Assembly (NCBI GenBank): GCA_030651515.1
Contig: JAUSEO010000005.1
Location: 1 to 38,708, forward strand
Direction: 5' to 3'
Length of the DNA: 38,708 nt
DNA from: an archaeon
Lineage (GTDB): Archaea > Iainarchaeota > Iainarchaeia > Iainarchaeales > GW2011-AR10
The notes under the pieces are model-generated. The model was not told the DNA's origin and searched no databases. It saw only the letters and a list, made by a program, of their open reading frames with translations. A program made the translations under genes and the position numbers. Below, in pieces: positions 8,771 to 19,169 of the stretch; position 1 is the stretch's first letter; every line of letters begins with the position of its first letter.

Positions 8771-9403
8771 TTAAGCGTTTGCCTCAAGCTTTGCCTTGAT
8801 TGTCTTTAGGGCCATGAATTGTTCGCGCTCCATTTCCTCAAGCCGCATTGAAATGTACCTTGCAGTTGCCCGAAGCTTTGGGATAAGCACATAATCAAGT
8901 GCATTAACCCTTCTTTTGGTTTTCTCAATTTCTTTTATTAAGCGCTTTAAGGCGTTCTCGCTTTCAGCAAGTTTGATTACAAGGTCGAGTGTTTTTTCAA
9001 AATTCTCTGCCGCCTCGTCAATGCGCGCACTTGAAGCAACGACAGGGTAACCGCGCTGTTCAAGGGTTTTTGAAACCGATTCCCCCTTTATTTCCGGGAT
9101 GTTTACCCCCATCACGTTTTTGCTTTTCACTTCAACGCCGGGGGCAGACTTGACGGACATGGCAGTTGATTCAACTTCAAGGACTCCGTCAAAAGCCTGT
9201 GCCAGTGCAAGCGACCTAAACGAGGAAGCAATCTGTTTGTTCAGGTCAGAGCGCAGGTCCTTTGCCTTTTGGAGAATCTTGAAGAACTCAAGAATCAAGA
9301 CGTCCCTTTTCTGTTTGAGCAGCTTGTGCCCGTTTTCCGCCAAGCGGATGCTCTTGCGCGTCTCGATGAGTTCTAGGCGCGTTGTTTTGTTTTCTTCAGC
9401 CAC
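8771..9403 (-). CDS. atpD: A/V-type ATP synthase subunit D
   Basis: TRLEL, GHKLLKQKRDVL, KTKRRVNALDYVLIP and LEEMERE. Confidence 0.97.
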   Translation of the reverse strand: MAEENKTTRLELIETRKSIRLAENGHKLLKQKRDVLILEFFKILQKAKDLRSDLNKQIASSFRSLALAQAFDGVLEVESTAMSVKSAPGVEVKSKNVMGVNIPEIKGESVSKTLEQRGYPVVASSARIDEAAENFEKTLDLVIKLAESENALKRLIKEIEKTKRRVNALDYVLIPKLRATARYISMRLEEMEREQFMALKTIKAKLEANA

Positions 9404-9421
9404 TCAAAATCACTTTCTTTT

Positions 9422-10810
9422 TTACTTCCTGAATTTTTTTCCGTACTTTTCAATGTACTCTGTCTTTACCCTCTTGAGTTCTGATTCCGGGATTCCTGAC
9501 AACAGTTCCCAGCCAAGGTCGAGAGTTTGTTCAATTGTCCTGTTCTCGTTTTTCCCCTGCCTTATGAACCTGTTTTCAAACTCCTGTGCAAATTTCAAAA
9601 ATTTTTTGTCAATTTCGGAGAGCGCTTCTTCCCCCACAACAGCACTTAGGCTCCTTAAATCCCTGCCTTCTGCATAGGAAGCGTAAATCTGGTCAGCCAC
9701 TCCGCGGTGGTCCTCGCGTGTCTTTCCTTTCCCGATTCCAAGGTTCATGAGCCTTGAAAGGCAAGGCAAAACGTCAATTGGCGGGTAGATTCCTTTTCTG
9801 TGCAGGTCGCGGCCTACAACAATCTGCCCCTCTGTTATGTAGCCAGTGAGGTCTGGGATTGGGTGTGTGATGTCATCAGATGGCATTGAAAGGATTCCAA
9901 GCTGTGTCACGGAACCCTTTTTGCCTTTTATTACTCCTGCTCTCTCATAAATGGATGCAAGGTCAGTGTACATATAACCCGGGTATCCTCTTCTGCCTGG
10001 TACTTCCTTTCTTGCACCTGCAATTTCCCTTAGAGCTTCGCAATAATTCGTCATGTCTGTGAGAATGACAAGCACGTGCATGCCTTTCTCAAACGCGAGG
10101 TACTCTGCGGTCGTCAGAGCCATTCTTGGCGTGATGAGCCTTTCAACCGACGGGTCATCAGCAAGGTTCAAAAACAAAACGCTTTTTTCAAGTGCCCCGG
10201 TGCGCTCAAAGTCCTTGATGAAAAAGTTTGCTTCCTCGTGCGTGATTCCTATTGCGCCAAACACGACTGCAAAACTCTCAGACTCGTTCAAGACTTTTGC
10301 CTGCCGTGCAATCTGGACTGCCAGGTCATTGTGCGGCAAGCCGGCTCCGGAAAAAATCGGGAGTTTCTGCCCCCTTACAAGCGTGTTGAGCCCGTCAATC
10401 GTGCTTATCCCTGTTTGTATGAATTCTTCGGGCTTTGCCCTTGAAACCGGGTTGATTGCCGCGCCGATTATGTCAACCCTTTCTTTTGCAATTATTGCCG
10501 GGCCATTGTCACGCGGTTCCCCCAAACCATTGAATACGCGTCCAAGCATTTCCTCTGAAACGCTTAGCTTTATTGTCTCTCCAAGAAACCTTACCTTTGT
10601 TGCATGGGTGTCAAGGCCTGTGGTTGTTCCAAACACCTGCACGACCGCAAGCCCCTTGGATGTTTCAAGCACCTGGCCTTTCTTTTTTTCGCCGTTTGGG
10701 AGAACAACTTCAACTAGCTCGTTGTAAGCTGCTTTTTCAACTTTGTCCACAAAGACAAGCGGGCCTTCAACGCTTCTGACTGTCTGGTATTCTTTCAGCA
10801 TTTTTTTCAC
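9422..10810 (-). CDS. atpB: A/V-type ATP synthase subunit B
   Basis: [30 protein letters not shown] and [15 protein letters not shown]. Confidence 0.99.
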   Translation of the reverse strand: MKKMLKEYQTVRSVEGPLVFVDKVEKAAYNELVEVVLPNGEKKKGQVLETSKGLAVVQVFGTTTGLDTHATKVRFLGETIKLSVSEEMLGRVFNGLGEPRDNGPAIIAKERVDIIGAAINPVSRAKPEEFIQTGISTIDGLNTLVRGQKLPIFSGAGLPHNDLAVQIARQAKVLNESESFAVVFGAIGITHEEANFFIKDFERTGALEKSVLFLNLADDPSVERLITPRMALTTAEYLAFEKGMHVLVILTDMTNYCEALREIAGARKEVPGRRGYPGYMYTDLASIYERAGVIKGKKGSVTQLGILSMPSDDITHPIPDLTGYITEGQIVVGRDLHRKGIYPPIDVLPCLSRLMNLGIGKGKTREDHRGVADQIYASYAEGRDLRSLSAVVGEEALSEIDKKFLKFAQEFENRFIRQGKNENRTIEQTLDLGWELLSGIPESELKRVKTEYIEKYGKKFRK

Positions 10811-12567
10811 CTTTCCGCACTCTTTGCCAAAGAATCAAACTCTGATTCAATCTCGTTTGAAATCTCTTTTGCCTTTTTGTCAACGTCGCTTTCCGGGATT
10901 TCCTTGAACCTGGAAATTTTTTCCTTTGCTTTGAGGCCCCTTAGTGACTTTAACTGCACTCCGGCGTCAATTGCATGCTCTGCTTTTTCGTGGAACTTCA
11001 TAATCAATCCAAGGAGCATGTATTGCTTGTGGAGTGAAGAATAAGTGTCCACCTCATGATATGCTGACTGCTGCAGGAAATCCTCCCGAATCATTTTTGC
11101 AGCGCTTAAAACCTCCTGTTCTTTTTCCGGCAAAGCGTCAGGGCCAACAAGCTGTACTATTTCCTGTAACTCTGACTCTTTTTGCAGTATTGCCATGGCA
11201 TTTGTCCTCATTGCAACAAAATCGCTTGAAACATTGTTTGCGTAAAACTCTCCAAGCGTGTCCAAATAAAGTGAATAGCTTTTGAGCCAGTTGATTGCAG
11301 GAAAGTGCCTTCTTTGCGCAAGCTTTGCGTCAAGTGCCCAAAAAACCTTTGTGACACGCAGTGTATTTTGGGAGACTGGTTCGCTTATGTCCCCGCCCGG
11401 AGGCGACACTGCCCCAATTGTGCTCACGCTTCCCTCGCGGCTGTCTTGCCCAATGCATACAACTCTTCCGGACCTTTCATAAAATTCTGCAAGCCTTCTT
11501 GCAAGGTATGCCGGGTATCCTTCCTCTCCTGGCATTTCTTCAAGGCGGCCGGAAATTTCCCTCATTGCCTCTGCCCACCTTGAAGTAGAGTCAGCCATTA
11601 ATGCAACGTCGTAGCCCATGTCCCTGTAATACTCTGCAATCGTTATTCCAGTGTACACGGAGGCTTCCCTTGCCGCAACAGGCATGTTTGAAGTGTTTGC
11701 AATAAGCACTGTCCTCTCCATGAGTGGTTTTCCACTCTTTGGGTCAACGAGTTCGGGGAACTCTGTCAACACTTCTGTCATTTCGTTTCCCCGCTCTCCG
11801 CAACCCACGTAGACTATGACGTTTGCGTCGCTCCACTTTGCAAGCTGCTGCTGTGCAACAGTTTTTCCTGAACCAAAAGGGCCTGGGATTGCTGCTGCAC
11901 CGCCTTTTGCTATCGGGAAAAAAGTGTCAAGAATCCGCTGGCCGGTAATAAGCGGGATTGTTGGGGCAAATTTTCTCGCGTATGGGCGCGGGGTCTTGAC
12001 GTTCCATTTGTGCATGAGTGAAAGCTTGTGGGTTGTTTTCCCGTCCTTGAGCACGCACACTGTTTCTTCTACAGTGAATTTTCCCGAACTAATTGATTCA
12101 ACTGTCCCCTTCATTCCGGGCGGCACCATTATTTTGTGTTCAATGATGTTTGTTTCCTGCACGGTTCCGATTACGTCGCCGGCTCCGAGTGCCGCTCCTT
12201 TTTTTGCTTTCGGTGAAAACTCCCACTTTTTTTTCCTGTCCAGGGCATTTGCAACGACTCCCCTTTTGATGAAGTCGCCTGACTCTGCCTTGATTGCTTC
12301 AAGTGGCCGCTGGATTCCGTCATAAATTGACTTCAACAGGCCCGGCCCAAGCTCAACGCTTAAAGGAAGGCCGGTGTTTTCAATCTTTTCACCAGGCCTT
12401 AAACCTGACGTGTCCTCGTAAACCTGTATCGTGGCCTTGTCATCGTTTAGCCTGATTATTTCCCCCAAGAGCCTTTCCTCCCCGACTCTCACGAGGTCAT
12501 GGATTTTTGCACCCTGCATTTTTTCCGCAACAACAACTGGCCCTGAAATCTTGAACAGTTCTCCCAT
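10807..12567 (-). CDS. atpA: A/V-type ATP synthase subunit A (no intein)
   Basis: Walker [26 protein letters not shown] and [10 protein letters not shown]. Confidence 0.99.
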   Translation of the reverse strand: MGELFKISGPVVVAEKMQGAKIHDLVRVGEERLLGEIIRLNDDKATIQVYEDTSGLRPGEKIENTGLPLSVELGPGLLKSIYDGIQRPLEAIKAESGDFIKRGVVANALDRKKKWEFSPKAKKGAALGAGDVIGTVQETNIIEHKIMVPPGMKGTVESISSGKFTVEETVCVLKDGKTTHKLSLMHKWNVKTPRPYARKFAPTIPLITGQRILDTFFPIAKGGAAAIPGPFGSGKTVAQQQLAKWSDANVIVYVGCGERGNEMTEVLTEFPELVDPKSGKPLMERTVLIANTSNMPVAAREASVYTGITIAEYYRDMGYDVALMADSTSRWAEAMREISGRLEEMPGEEGYPAYLARRLAEFYERSGRVVCIGQDSREGSVSTIGAVSPPGGDISEPVSQNTLRVTKVFWALDAKLAQRRHFPAINWLKSYSLYLDTLGEFYANNVSSDFVAMRTNAMAILQKESELQEIVQLVGPDALPEKEQEVLSAAKMIREDFLQQSAYHEVDTYSSLHKQYMLLGLIMKFHEKAEHAIDAGVQLKSLRGLKAKEKISRFKEIPESDVDKKAKEISNEIESEFDSLAKSAER

Positions 12568-12585
12568 TTTCCAAACCCCTCTTTC

Positions 12586-12912
12586 TCATTTTATAAGCTC
12601 AAATCCAAGCGCGCGCGCAATGAGTGCCTTAAGTGACTCTGCTTCACTGCTTGGGCCTCTTTTATCCGGAACCGCAATGACTACCGGCTTTGCAATCCTT
12701 TCAATGCTTTTTCCCAGCCTAAAGTCAAGTTCCTGCACAAGCCGTTCATTGATTATGACAATTCCTGCTTTCTGTTCCCCGATTATTTCAGAGAGCTTTT
12801 TTTCTGCTTCCCGCCCTTCCAGTGGATAAGCTTCCCGTACTCCGGCAAGCCGAAAGCCGGTGCAGGTCTCCGCATCCCCGATTACAACAATGTTTTGTTT
12901 TTCAGCCGTCAA
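12586..12912 (-). CDS. atpF: A/V-type ATP synthase subunit F
   Basis: VIGD..T.TGFRLAGV and operon position. Confidence 0.95.
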   Translation of the reverse strand: MTAEKQNIVVIGDAETCTGFRLAGVREAYPLEGREAEKKLSEIIGEQKAGIVIINERLVQELDFRLGKSIERIAKPVVIAVPDKRGPSSEAESLKALIARALGFELIK

Positions 12913-14036
12913 GTGACCACCACTATTTTCCTGATTTCTTCAGGCGAAAAGCCAAACTCTTTGGTGCGCACGATTTTTCTCACGTCGCTTATTTCTTTTT
13001 CTTTGAGGAACAAAAAGCCAACGATTGCCGAAAGGGACAAAATGCTCCTGCGAAGTTCAGCCAGGCCCTTTGCGGAAATGCTTTGTTCAAGTGCATTCTC
13101 AAAATGCGTAAGGGAAGGGCTTTTTTTGTAGTCTTCAAGGGCGCCTGACAAGTCAAAGGCTTTCTGCAATTTTACAGCTTCTTCAACAAAGTTTGCAGAA
13201 CCAATTTTTTCAAGTTCACTCCTTGATAATTTCCCGCCCTCTATAAGCATTCCGCTTATTTTTTTGGCGTCAAAGCCCTCTTTTTTTCCGCGCAAAATAG
13301 TCATGATGTTTTTTGCATCGGTTTCAGCGTCAAGCATTGACTTCACTGTTTTTCCAATGTCAGCGGAAACCCTGTTTGCCTCTGCTGCCTTTTTGTGATA
13401 GCGCGATTCAAGGGCAGAAACAAGATTTTCTATTTCCTGGTTTTTTTCGTACTCTGAAACCTTTTGGGCGAGAACTGAATAATAATCACTGTTTTTGAGT
13501 TTTTCCACGAGCTCTTTCACGCCTGGTGACTCTGCAAGAGAGTTAAGGCTTGCCCTGCTGAAGCCCGGTGACTCGATAAGCAGGAGCTTTATTTTTTCTT
13601 TTGGCTCGCGAAGATGAATCCCCAAAAGAAGGTTTTTGATGTTGAGGACATCATACCTTTCAAAAACCCTGCTTATTTTTTCGGAATCGCTTTTTGGCGC
13701 GATTTTCACGAGCTTTTTCAGTGTCCGCGAAAAGTTTTTTGTCAAAGATAGTTCCACCAGGTCAGCGCGTGAAAAAGAAACAGCTTCTTCCATAATGTCG
13801 TGAGAATAAGCAGTTTTTGAAAGCAAGCCCACTATTTCCTGGATGTTTTTTGCCTCGATGAGTGACTCAATCTCTTTTTTTGTCAAAAGCGTTGCACGCA
13901 TTGCCTTTGTCCTGGAATTGGCATACCCATACCTGACTGACCTGTATGCAAGCGTTTTCCTAAAAATTGCCGACAGATTGGAAACAGTTTTTGCTGCTGT
14001 TTTTGGCAAATAACCTGTGTGTGTTTGTATGGTCAT
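12909..14036 (-). CDS. atpC: A/V-type ATP synthase subunit C
   Basis: YGYANSRTKAM...LL, D..NI and E.E...VRKI, plus operon position. Confidence 0.93.
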   Translation of the reverse strand: MTIQTHTGYLPKTAAKTVSNLSAIFRKTLAYRSVRYGYANSRTKAMRATLLTKKEIESLIEAKNIQEIVGLLSKTAYSHDIMEEAVSFSRADLVELSLTKNFSRTLKKLVKIAPKSDSEKISRVFERYDVLNIKNLLLGIHLREPKEKIKLLLIESPGFSRASLNSLAESPGVKELVEKLKNSDYYSVLAQKVSEYEKNQEIENLVSALESRYHKKAAEANRVSADIGKTVKSMLDAETDAKNIMTILRGKKEGFDAKKISGMLIEGGKLSRSELEKIGSANFVEEAVKLQKAFDLSGALEDYKKSPSLTHFENALEQSISAKGLAELRRSILSLSAIVGFLFLKEKEISDVRKIVRTKEFGFSPEEIRKIVVVT

Positions 14037-14611
14037 TTTTTCCCCTTTTCCGTGAACAATTCCAAAAAAACATCTCTTTTGAGCGCGTCCTTGTTTTGTT
14101 CAAAGATGGCTTCAAAAGAGTTGTCCACCCTTATCCTGCCATCCCTGGTTGAGACAATTGCCCCCCCGCTGATTGGCGCGCTTTCCTTTGACACGGATGC
14201 AAAAAGTTTTTTTGCAGCCGCATGGTCTTTTTCATTCACGATTATGATGCTGTCTTTTCCCAGTTCTTTTTGCCCTTCTTCGGCAAGTTTTTTGAGGAGC
14301 TTTTCGTACTGCCTGGAGTTTCCTGCCAAGCACATTTCCCCAAAAACAACTACAAGTGCTTTTTCCACTGCCGCGTTTTTTTCCCCGTCAATTATTTGCT
14401 TTGCGCGGATTGAAGCTGCACTGATTATTTCCATTTTTTGCCTCTCGGACAACTCTTGTGCTTTTTTGCGTGCCTGCGCCAAAACCTGTTTTTTTTCCTC
14501 TTCGGCTTCAGAAAGGATTCTTTCTTTTTCTTTTTCTGCACGCAAAATGACTGCATTTGCCTCTTTTTTTGCGTCCGACAACAATTGCCTGCTTAGCTGT
14601 TCAAGGCTCAT
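14033..14611 (-). CDS. atpE: A/V-type ATP synthase subunit E
   Basis: N-terminal coiled coil and ISGG.I...DG.I.VDNSFE. Confidence 0.93.
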   Translation of the reverse strand: MSLEQLSRQLLSDAKKEANAVILRAEKEKERILSEAEEEKKQVLAQARKKAQELSERQKMEIISAASIRAKQIIDGEKNAAVEKALVVVFGEMCLAGNSRQYEKLLKKLAEEGQKELGKDSIIIVNEKDHAAAKKLFASVSKESAPISGGAIVSTRDGRIRVDNSFEAIFEQNKDALKRDVFLELFTEKGKK

Positions 14612-14685
14612 TCAACGAACTCCATTCTTTTTCCAAAGAAAAAAATTTTTTTTTTGGGGGGGGGGGGCACTGCCTTTTTCCATGC

Positions 14686-14922
14686 TCAGGCTGCTGCAAC
14701 CTGGAACGTCAAAAGCAGTGCTATTACGAAACCCAAAATAACGATTGTTTCTGGTATTGCAAGCCAGATTATGAGCTTTGTTGCCTGGTCCGGCCTTTCT
14801 GCTATTGTACCCATGGCGCTTGAACCGATTGCTGACTGCGCCCAAGCTGTTGCAAGGGCAGCTCCAGCCATTGCAAGCCCTGCACCAATGGCTATTCCTG
14901 CTGGTCCTTCTAATAATACCAT
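14686..14922 (-). CDS. atpK: A/V-type ATP synthase subunit K (single-hairpin proteolipid)
   Basis: GAGLA..GA...AQ..IG and AIPETIVILGF with the conserved Glu. Confidence 0.96.
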   Translation of the reverse strand: MVLLEGPAGIAIGAGLAMAGAALATAWAQSAIGSSAMGTIAERPDQATKLIIWLAIPETIVILGFVIALLLTFQVAAA

Positions 14923-14926
14923 GTTT

Positions 14927-16837
14927 TTACCTCCCTTTTGAAAACTTTCTTTTCACCCTAAAAGGCGAGAATTCACGCCCGCCCCCGGAATAAAACTTTG
15001 AAAAGAATTCAACGTAATTAAGCCTTGCCCCCTGTATAAGCCCCTCAAACATCCCCAAAAAAGTATTGAACGCATGGCCAAATAAAAATATCGGCAAAGA
15101 AATCAGGAAAAACACGACCCCGTTTTCAAGAGAAGGAAAAACCAGGTCATTGATTGTGGCAGCCACTACCACGCTTGCAAGGCCAACTGCAAGAATCCTT
15201 GCAAAAGACAAAATGTTTCCGGCAACACTTGGAATCTCAATCAAGGCAACCATTCCCTCTGCCTTGACAATCACTGCCAAAGAAGCCAAAAAACCAACGA
15301 TTGCAGCAGTTCCAACCAAACCGTCAGTGCCAAGCGCAACAGATGCAAGCAAAGCAGTCCCAGAAACCAGGAGCGTTATCCATGCAAGCTTTCCAATTGC
15401 ATGGCTCTTGTTGCCTTCCCGCAACGAGCGGACAAAACCGAGGAAAAAACCAAGCGAAATTATGACAAAGCCAAGCCCAATTGTAAGCATGAGGACTTCC
15501 TGAATATTATGCAGCCGCTCCAAGCCATGGTAAATTGGCTCAATGTGCAGGCCAAATTTTTCCGCCAAGTGGACGTGCGAAAAGCCAAAGTACTCGTCAA
15601 AAAAAACCCCGAAAAAAATGCTTGGAACTGCAGCAACAGCCCAAATGGCTGCAATCGGCCGCAACAGGCCGTCTGGTGCAGAAACTCTCATCAAAAGAAA
15701 CGCAAACAAAATCGAAAGCAAGCCATACCCAACGTCCCCAAGCATCATCCCATAAACAATTGGGAAAACAAACGCAAAAACAATTGTGGGGTCAATGTCA
15801 GAACTCTTTGGAAGGGAGACAAACCTCGTCATGAACTCAAACGCCCCAAGCTGTGGCGGGTTCTCAAGCAAAGTCGGAACATCATCACTTTCCCCGTGCA
15901 TTTCATGCTTTGAGGCCTTTTCGACAAAAACCCGCTCCCCAAATTTTCCAGAGAGAACCACGAAGAGTTTTTCAAAGTCTTTTTCCGGAACAAATGCTTC
16001 AAGCACAAACAAGTCCTCTGTCCGTCCAAACCTTGAAGAAACCAGGGCCTCTTCACTCTCAATTTCCAGCACTTCTGCAAGAAAACACACGTCTGCATAG
16101 TGCTCTTTTGAAACAGCCAAAAGCTGTTTTTCAAGCCCAAGAAGTTTTTCCTCAATTTCATGTATTTCTTCGCGTACCCCCGCAAGCACTATCGCGGGTT
16201 TTCCTGAAATCCGCGGCAGGGCTTCCAGGGCTCCGCCGTTTTTTTCAAGCAGTGACCTGACTTGTGCTTCCTTGCTTTTTTCAAAGGCAATTATTGCAAG
16301 CACGTTTTCTTTGTCAACCTCTTTTTCAGTTGATTCAAAACCCACTTTGTGGCCTTCAAGCTCTTTTGTGAAAACGTGGTAATTGTTTTTCTGAAAACGC
16401 GCAGCAACAAGGCCAACAATGCCTGACTCTGGAAGCCCTGAAAAATCCAGGCTGAATTTTGAAAAAGTGGCCACGTTTTTTTCCGTGTCCAAAAGCCCCT
16501 GTTTTTTTGACAAGAGCAATTCTTTTTGTTCCCTGATTTTTGCAATTTTTTCAGCCACTCCGAGCTTTCTTGCCCCGTTTAACGCCTGTGCAACACCCAC
16601 TGCAGGCCGTGTTTTTTCAACCCTTGTTTCGGGAAGCGCTTTTTTGATTGCAGAAAGCTTCACGAGTTCTTCTGAAACTTCTGCAAAGAGCTCAAGTGAC
16701 GTTTCTTTCCGAAAGTTTTCAAGGGAAATTTCCTTCACTTCAGCAAGCCCCGCCTCGTGCAGGGTTTTCACAAAATCAGGCAACTGTTTTCTTATCCCAA
16801 CAATGCGCGCCTTTGACATTTTTGCCGGAAAAAACAT
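14927..16837 (-). CDS. atpI: A/V-type ATP synthase subunit I
   Basis: P..M.K, PTLLEN, IDPT, GDVGYG, LSFARILA and RLNYVEFFSKFY.GGG. Confidence 0.98.
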   Translation of the reverse strand: MFFPAKMSKARIVGIRKQLPDFVKTLHEAGLAEVKEISLENFRKETSLELFAEVSEELVKLSAIKKALPETRVEKTRPAVGVAQALNGARKLGVAEKIAKIREQKELLLSKKQGLLDTEKNVATFSKFSLDFSGLPESGIVGLVAARFQKNNYHVFTKELEGHKVGFESTEKEVDKENVLAIIAFEKSKEAQVRSLLEKNGGALEALPRISGKPAIVLAGVREEIHEIEEKLLGLEKQLLAVSKEHYADVCFLAEVLEIESEEALVSSRFGRTEDLFVLEAFVPEKDFEKLFVVLSGKFGERVFVEKASKHEMHGESDDVPTLLENPPQLGAFEFMTRFVSLPKSSDIDPTIVFAFVFPIVYGMMLGDVGYGLLSILFAFLLMRVSAPDGLLRPIAAIWAVAAVPSIFFGVFFDEYFGFSHVHLAEKFGLHIEPIYHGLERLHNIQEVLMLTIGLGFVIISLGFFLGFVRSLREGNKSHAIGKLAWITLLVSGTALLASVALGTDGLVGTAAIVGFLASLAVIVKAEGMVALIEIPSVAGNILSFARILAVGLASVVVAATINDLVFPSLENGVVFFLISLPIFLFGHAFNTFLGMFEGLIQGARLNYVEFFSKFYSGGGREFSPFRVKRKFSKGR

Positions 16838-16844
16838 TTTTCAA

Positions 16845-17162
16845 TCACTCCAAAAACTTTTGAGCCAGTTTTTTTGCAGTTTCCACTGAAATAACCCTGC
16901 CCCTGATTTTTTCTGCTTCAGTTTGCGCCTTTTTGAGGATTTTTTTTTCTTCCAAAAGCGCTTCCTCACGTGCCCGTGCAAGCTCGTCATTCTGCAGTTT
17001 TACCGTGTCGTCCCATGATTTTTCAGCGATTTTTTGGGCCTTCAAATGAGCTTCCTTGAGGATTTCCCCCGCACGGTTTTGTGCTTCAAGCAGGGCTTTT
17101 TGCTTTTCCTTTTCCACCTTGCTTAAATCAGACAATTTCTCAAAAAAAGCGCTTTCGTGCAT
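16845..17162 (-). CDS. atpH: A/V-type ATP synthase subunit H (G)
   Basis: 105-aa Ala/Glu/Lys coiled coil at the head of the operon. Confidence 0.75.
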   Translation of the reverse strand: MHESAFFEKLSDLSKVEKEKQKALLEAQNRAGEILKEAHLKAQKIAEKSWDDTVKLQNDELARAREEALLEEKKILKKAQTEAEKIRGRVISVETAKKLAQKFLE

Positions 17163-17267
17163 AAAAAAACCGTTTTCAGGCTCACCAATAGACTTCGAGC
17201 AAAAATAGGTTTAAAAATAATTTGGAGGGTTTTTTCGCTATTTGCCCAAAAAAAGCCTTTTTTTCAT

Positions 17268-17501
17268 TCATTTCTTTGCCGGGGTGAAAAAAGCTTTCCT
17301 TGCCTTGGCCCTCAAAACCAAAAACGCAGCCAAAATCACGAGCATTAAAGCCGCAAAAACACCCGGGACCTGCCCCCCCGAAAGCCACTCAAACTTATAG
17401 CTAACCGCAAGCAAAAAAACCACGAAAAGAGCTATAGGCAGCAAAACCAGGGCTGCAAAGGCCGAGGCAAAAAAACCAGTGGATTTATCTTGTTCATTCA
17501 T
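17268..17501 (-). CDS. Small two-TM hypothetical protein
   Basis: ATG ORF with two hydrophobic segments and a basic tail. Confidence 0.6.
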   Translation of the reverse strand: MNEQDKSTGFFASAFAALVLLPIALFVVFLLAVSYKFEWLSGGQVPGVFAALMLVILAAFLVLRAKARKAFFTPAKK

Positions 17502-17686
17502 ACAAAAAAGAGGTAATAATAGTTTTTCTTAAAATAACATATAGCAAACCGCTTATATTTTTGGACTTTTTATTGCGGTTTGTTATATGCAAAAAGCAAT
17601 TCAAATGTTCAAATGCATCTGCTTTTTGCTATAGTTGGTAACCCTATGTGCCGAAAAAGGGATTCACTCCACCACTTTCAAACCTC

Positions 17687-17812
17687 TTAAAAACCGAATA
17701 TTGTCCATCCTGGATGCATTGCTTTCTGCATTGCAATGTAAGCGCCAACAAAGACAAGTATCCAGAATCCGTTCTTTGCCAGGGGTTTGTATTTTTTCCA
17801 GTCTAGTGGCAT
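17687..17812 (-). CDS. Small single-TM protein (41 aa)
   Basis: MPLDWKKYKPLAKNGFWILVFVGAYIAMQ..., start overlaps the upstream stop, with GAGG SD. Confidence 0.5.
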   Translation of the reverse strand: MPLDWKKYKPLAKNGFWILVFVGAYIAMQKAMHPGWTIFGF

Positions 17813-18009
17813 GATTTTCCCTCTTTTGAGCCAAAGTAAGCCATTACTATGTGCGAGCCAACGCATGCAGCCAAAGCCAGGCCATAAACCCACCAGCCAG
17901 TAAAACCAAACAATTGCAGCACTATTATTAGAATTACTGGCAGCATGCAACAGATTGCCATTTGGGCGAAATGATTTGACTTTATGTCGTTCCAAATTTT
18001 TCCAAGCAT
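17803..18009 (-). CDS. DUF2933-like small membrane protein, probably heavy-metal associated
   Basis: H...M.ICC.LP, C...H..M and C-terminal SCH, with GGAGG SD. Confidence 0.6.
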   Translation of the reverse strand: MLGKIWNDIKSNHFAQMAICCMLPVILIIVLQLFGFTGWWVYGLALAACVGSHIVMAYFGSKEGKSCH

Positions 18010-18245
18010 TGGGTATTTCCTCCTTTTACTGTTCTGGCAGTGCTGTTTCAACAACTTTGTTTTTGCTCAAGTCCAAGTATTTGAGCCCCTTTAACACATC
18101 AATCAATGAACAAAACAATCAATGAACAAAATAGCTTTCTTTTTTGGCATAAAGCGTAAGCCCGGGTTTGCCGAAGCAACCCCGGGGATGCAATAAAAGG
18201 TATTTGTGAAGGGGTGTTTTTAAGGGTTGCTTTTTTCCTTAAAAA

Positions 18246-18358
18246 AGCCTCCGGTGGGACTCGAACCCACAGCCTGCGGTTAGTTTGCCACTGGAAAAAC
18301 ACGAGAATTGCCGAATAATAGTTACAAAACCGCTGCTCTGCCATTGAGCCACGGAGGC
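18246..18358 (-). tRNA. tRNA-Thr(TGT) with 41-nt BHB intron (18282-18322)
   Basis: Acceptor GCCTCCG/CGGAGGC, GCGGT-TT-TGT-A..A-ACCGC, BHB TTTG/CAAA, T-loop TTCGAGT. Confidence 0.95.
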
Positions 18359-18434
18359 GTGAATTTTTCACCCTCTATTTTTTTGGGCAAAGAAATGTTT
18401 TTTAACCCCGTTTTCCACCATTATTTTTGCGGGC

Positions 18435-19169
18435 ATGAAAGAAACACTTTTTATGGCGCTGGTCTTGACAGCGCTTTTTGGGTGCACCCAGAACAACCTG
18501 CAAGAGGCAAGCGAAATGGCGTCTGAAATGCAGAAAGTAACCTTTGTGGCAAAAGACAATGTAACGATTTACGCCAATTACTGGAAAGCCGAATCCAGCC
18601 GTGCCGTAATCCTCGTCCACCAGTTCAACAGCTCCAAAGAAGCATACACAGGCTTAGCCAAGCTCCTCAATGAAGATGATTATGGCGTGCTTGCACTTGA
18701 CCTGCGCGGGCACGGGGAAAGCCGTGCACAGGGTTCGCTTGCAAACCCGGCTTACCTCTCCGACAAAGACTTCCAGGACATGCACCTTGACCTGAGTGGT
18801 GCGCAAAAATTTCTCTCAGAAAAAGCCTACACTGGTTTTTTCATTGTCGGCTCATCCATTGGGGCAAACCTTGCGGTAACTTACCCGTTTGAAAACAGTG
18901 GCTTCAAAGCCGCAGTAGCACTTTCTCCAGGCGAAGACTTCAAGGGCCTAAAGCCCCTTTCAGCGGCCCGCGAAACAAATGTTCCGACAATGATTGTCGC
19001 AAGCAAAGACGATGCTTATTCTTTTGAATCAGCAGAAAAAATCCATGCCGCGATGACTGGCGAAAAAAAACTCGTCGAACTTGAAAACGCGGGGCACGGC
19101 ACATTCATGCTCCAAAACAATCCAAATCTTTCAAGCCAAATACTTGAATGGTTCAAAGAGCACGCATGA
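18435..19169 (+). CDS. Alpha/beta hydrolase lipoprotein
   Basis: Lipobox LFGC, DLRGHGES, nucleophile GSSIG, Asp and GHG. Confidence 0.92.
   Translation: MKETLFMALVLTALFGCTQNNLQEASEMASEMQKVTFVAKDNVTIYANYWKAESSRAVILVHQFNSSKEAYTGLAKLLNEDDYGVLALDLRGHGESRAQGSLANPAYLSDKDFQDMHLDLSGAQKFLSEKAYTGFFIVGSSIGANLAVTYPFENSGFKAAVALSPGEDFKGLKPLSAARETNVPTMIVASKDDAYSFESAEKIHAAMTGEKKLVELENAGHGTFMLQNNPNLSSQILEWFKEHA

Noticed and set aside
9099..16889. Many long plus-strand ORFs over the ATP synthase operon
   Set aside because: They are antisense shadows of well-supported genes
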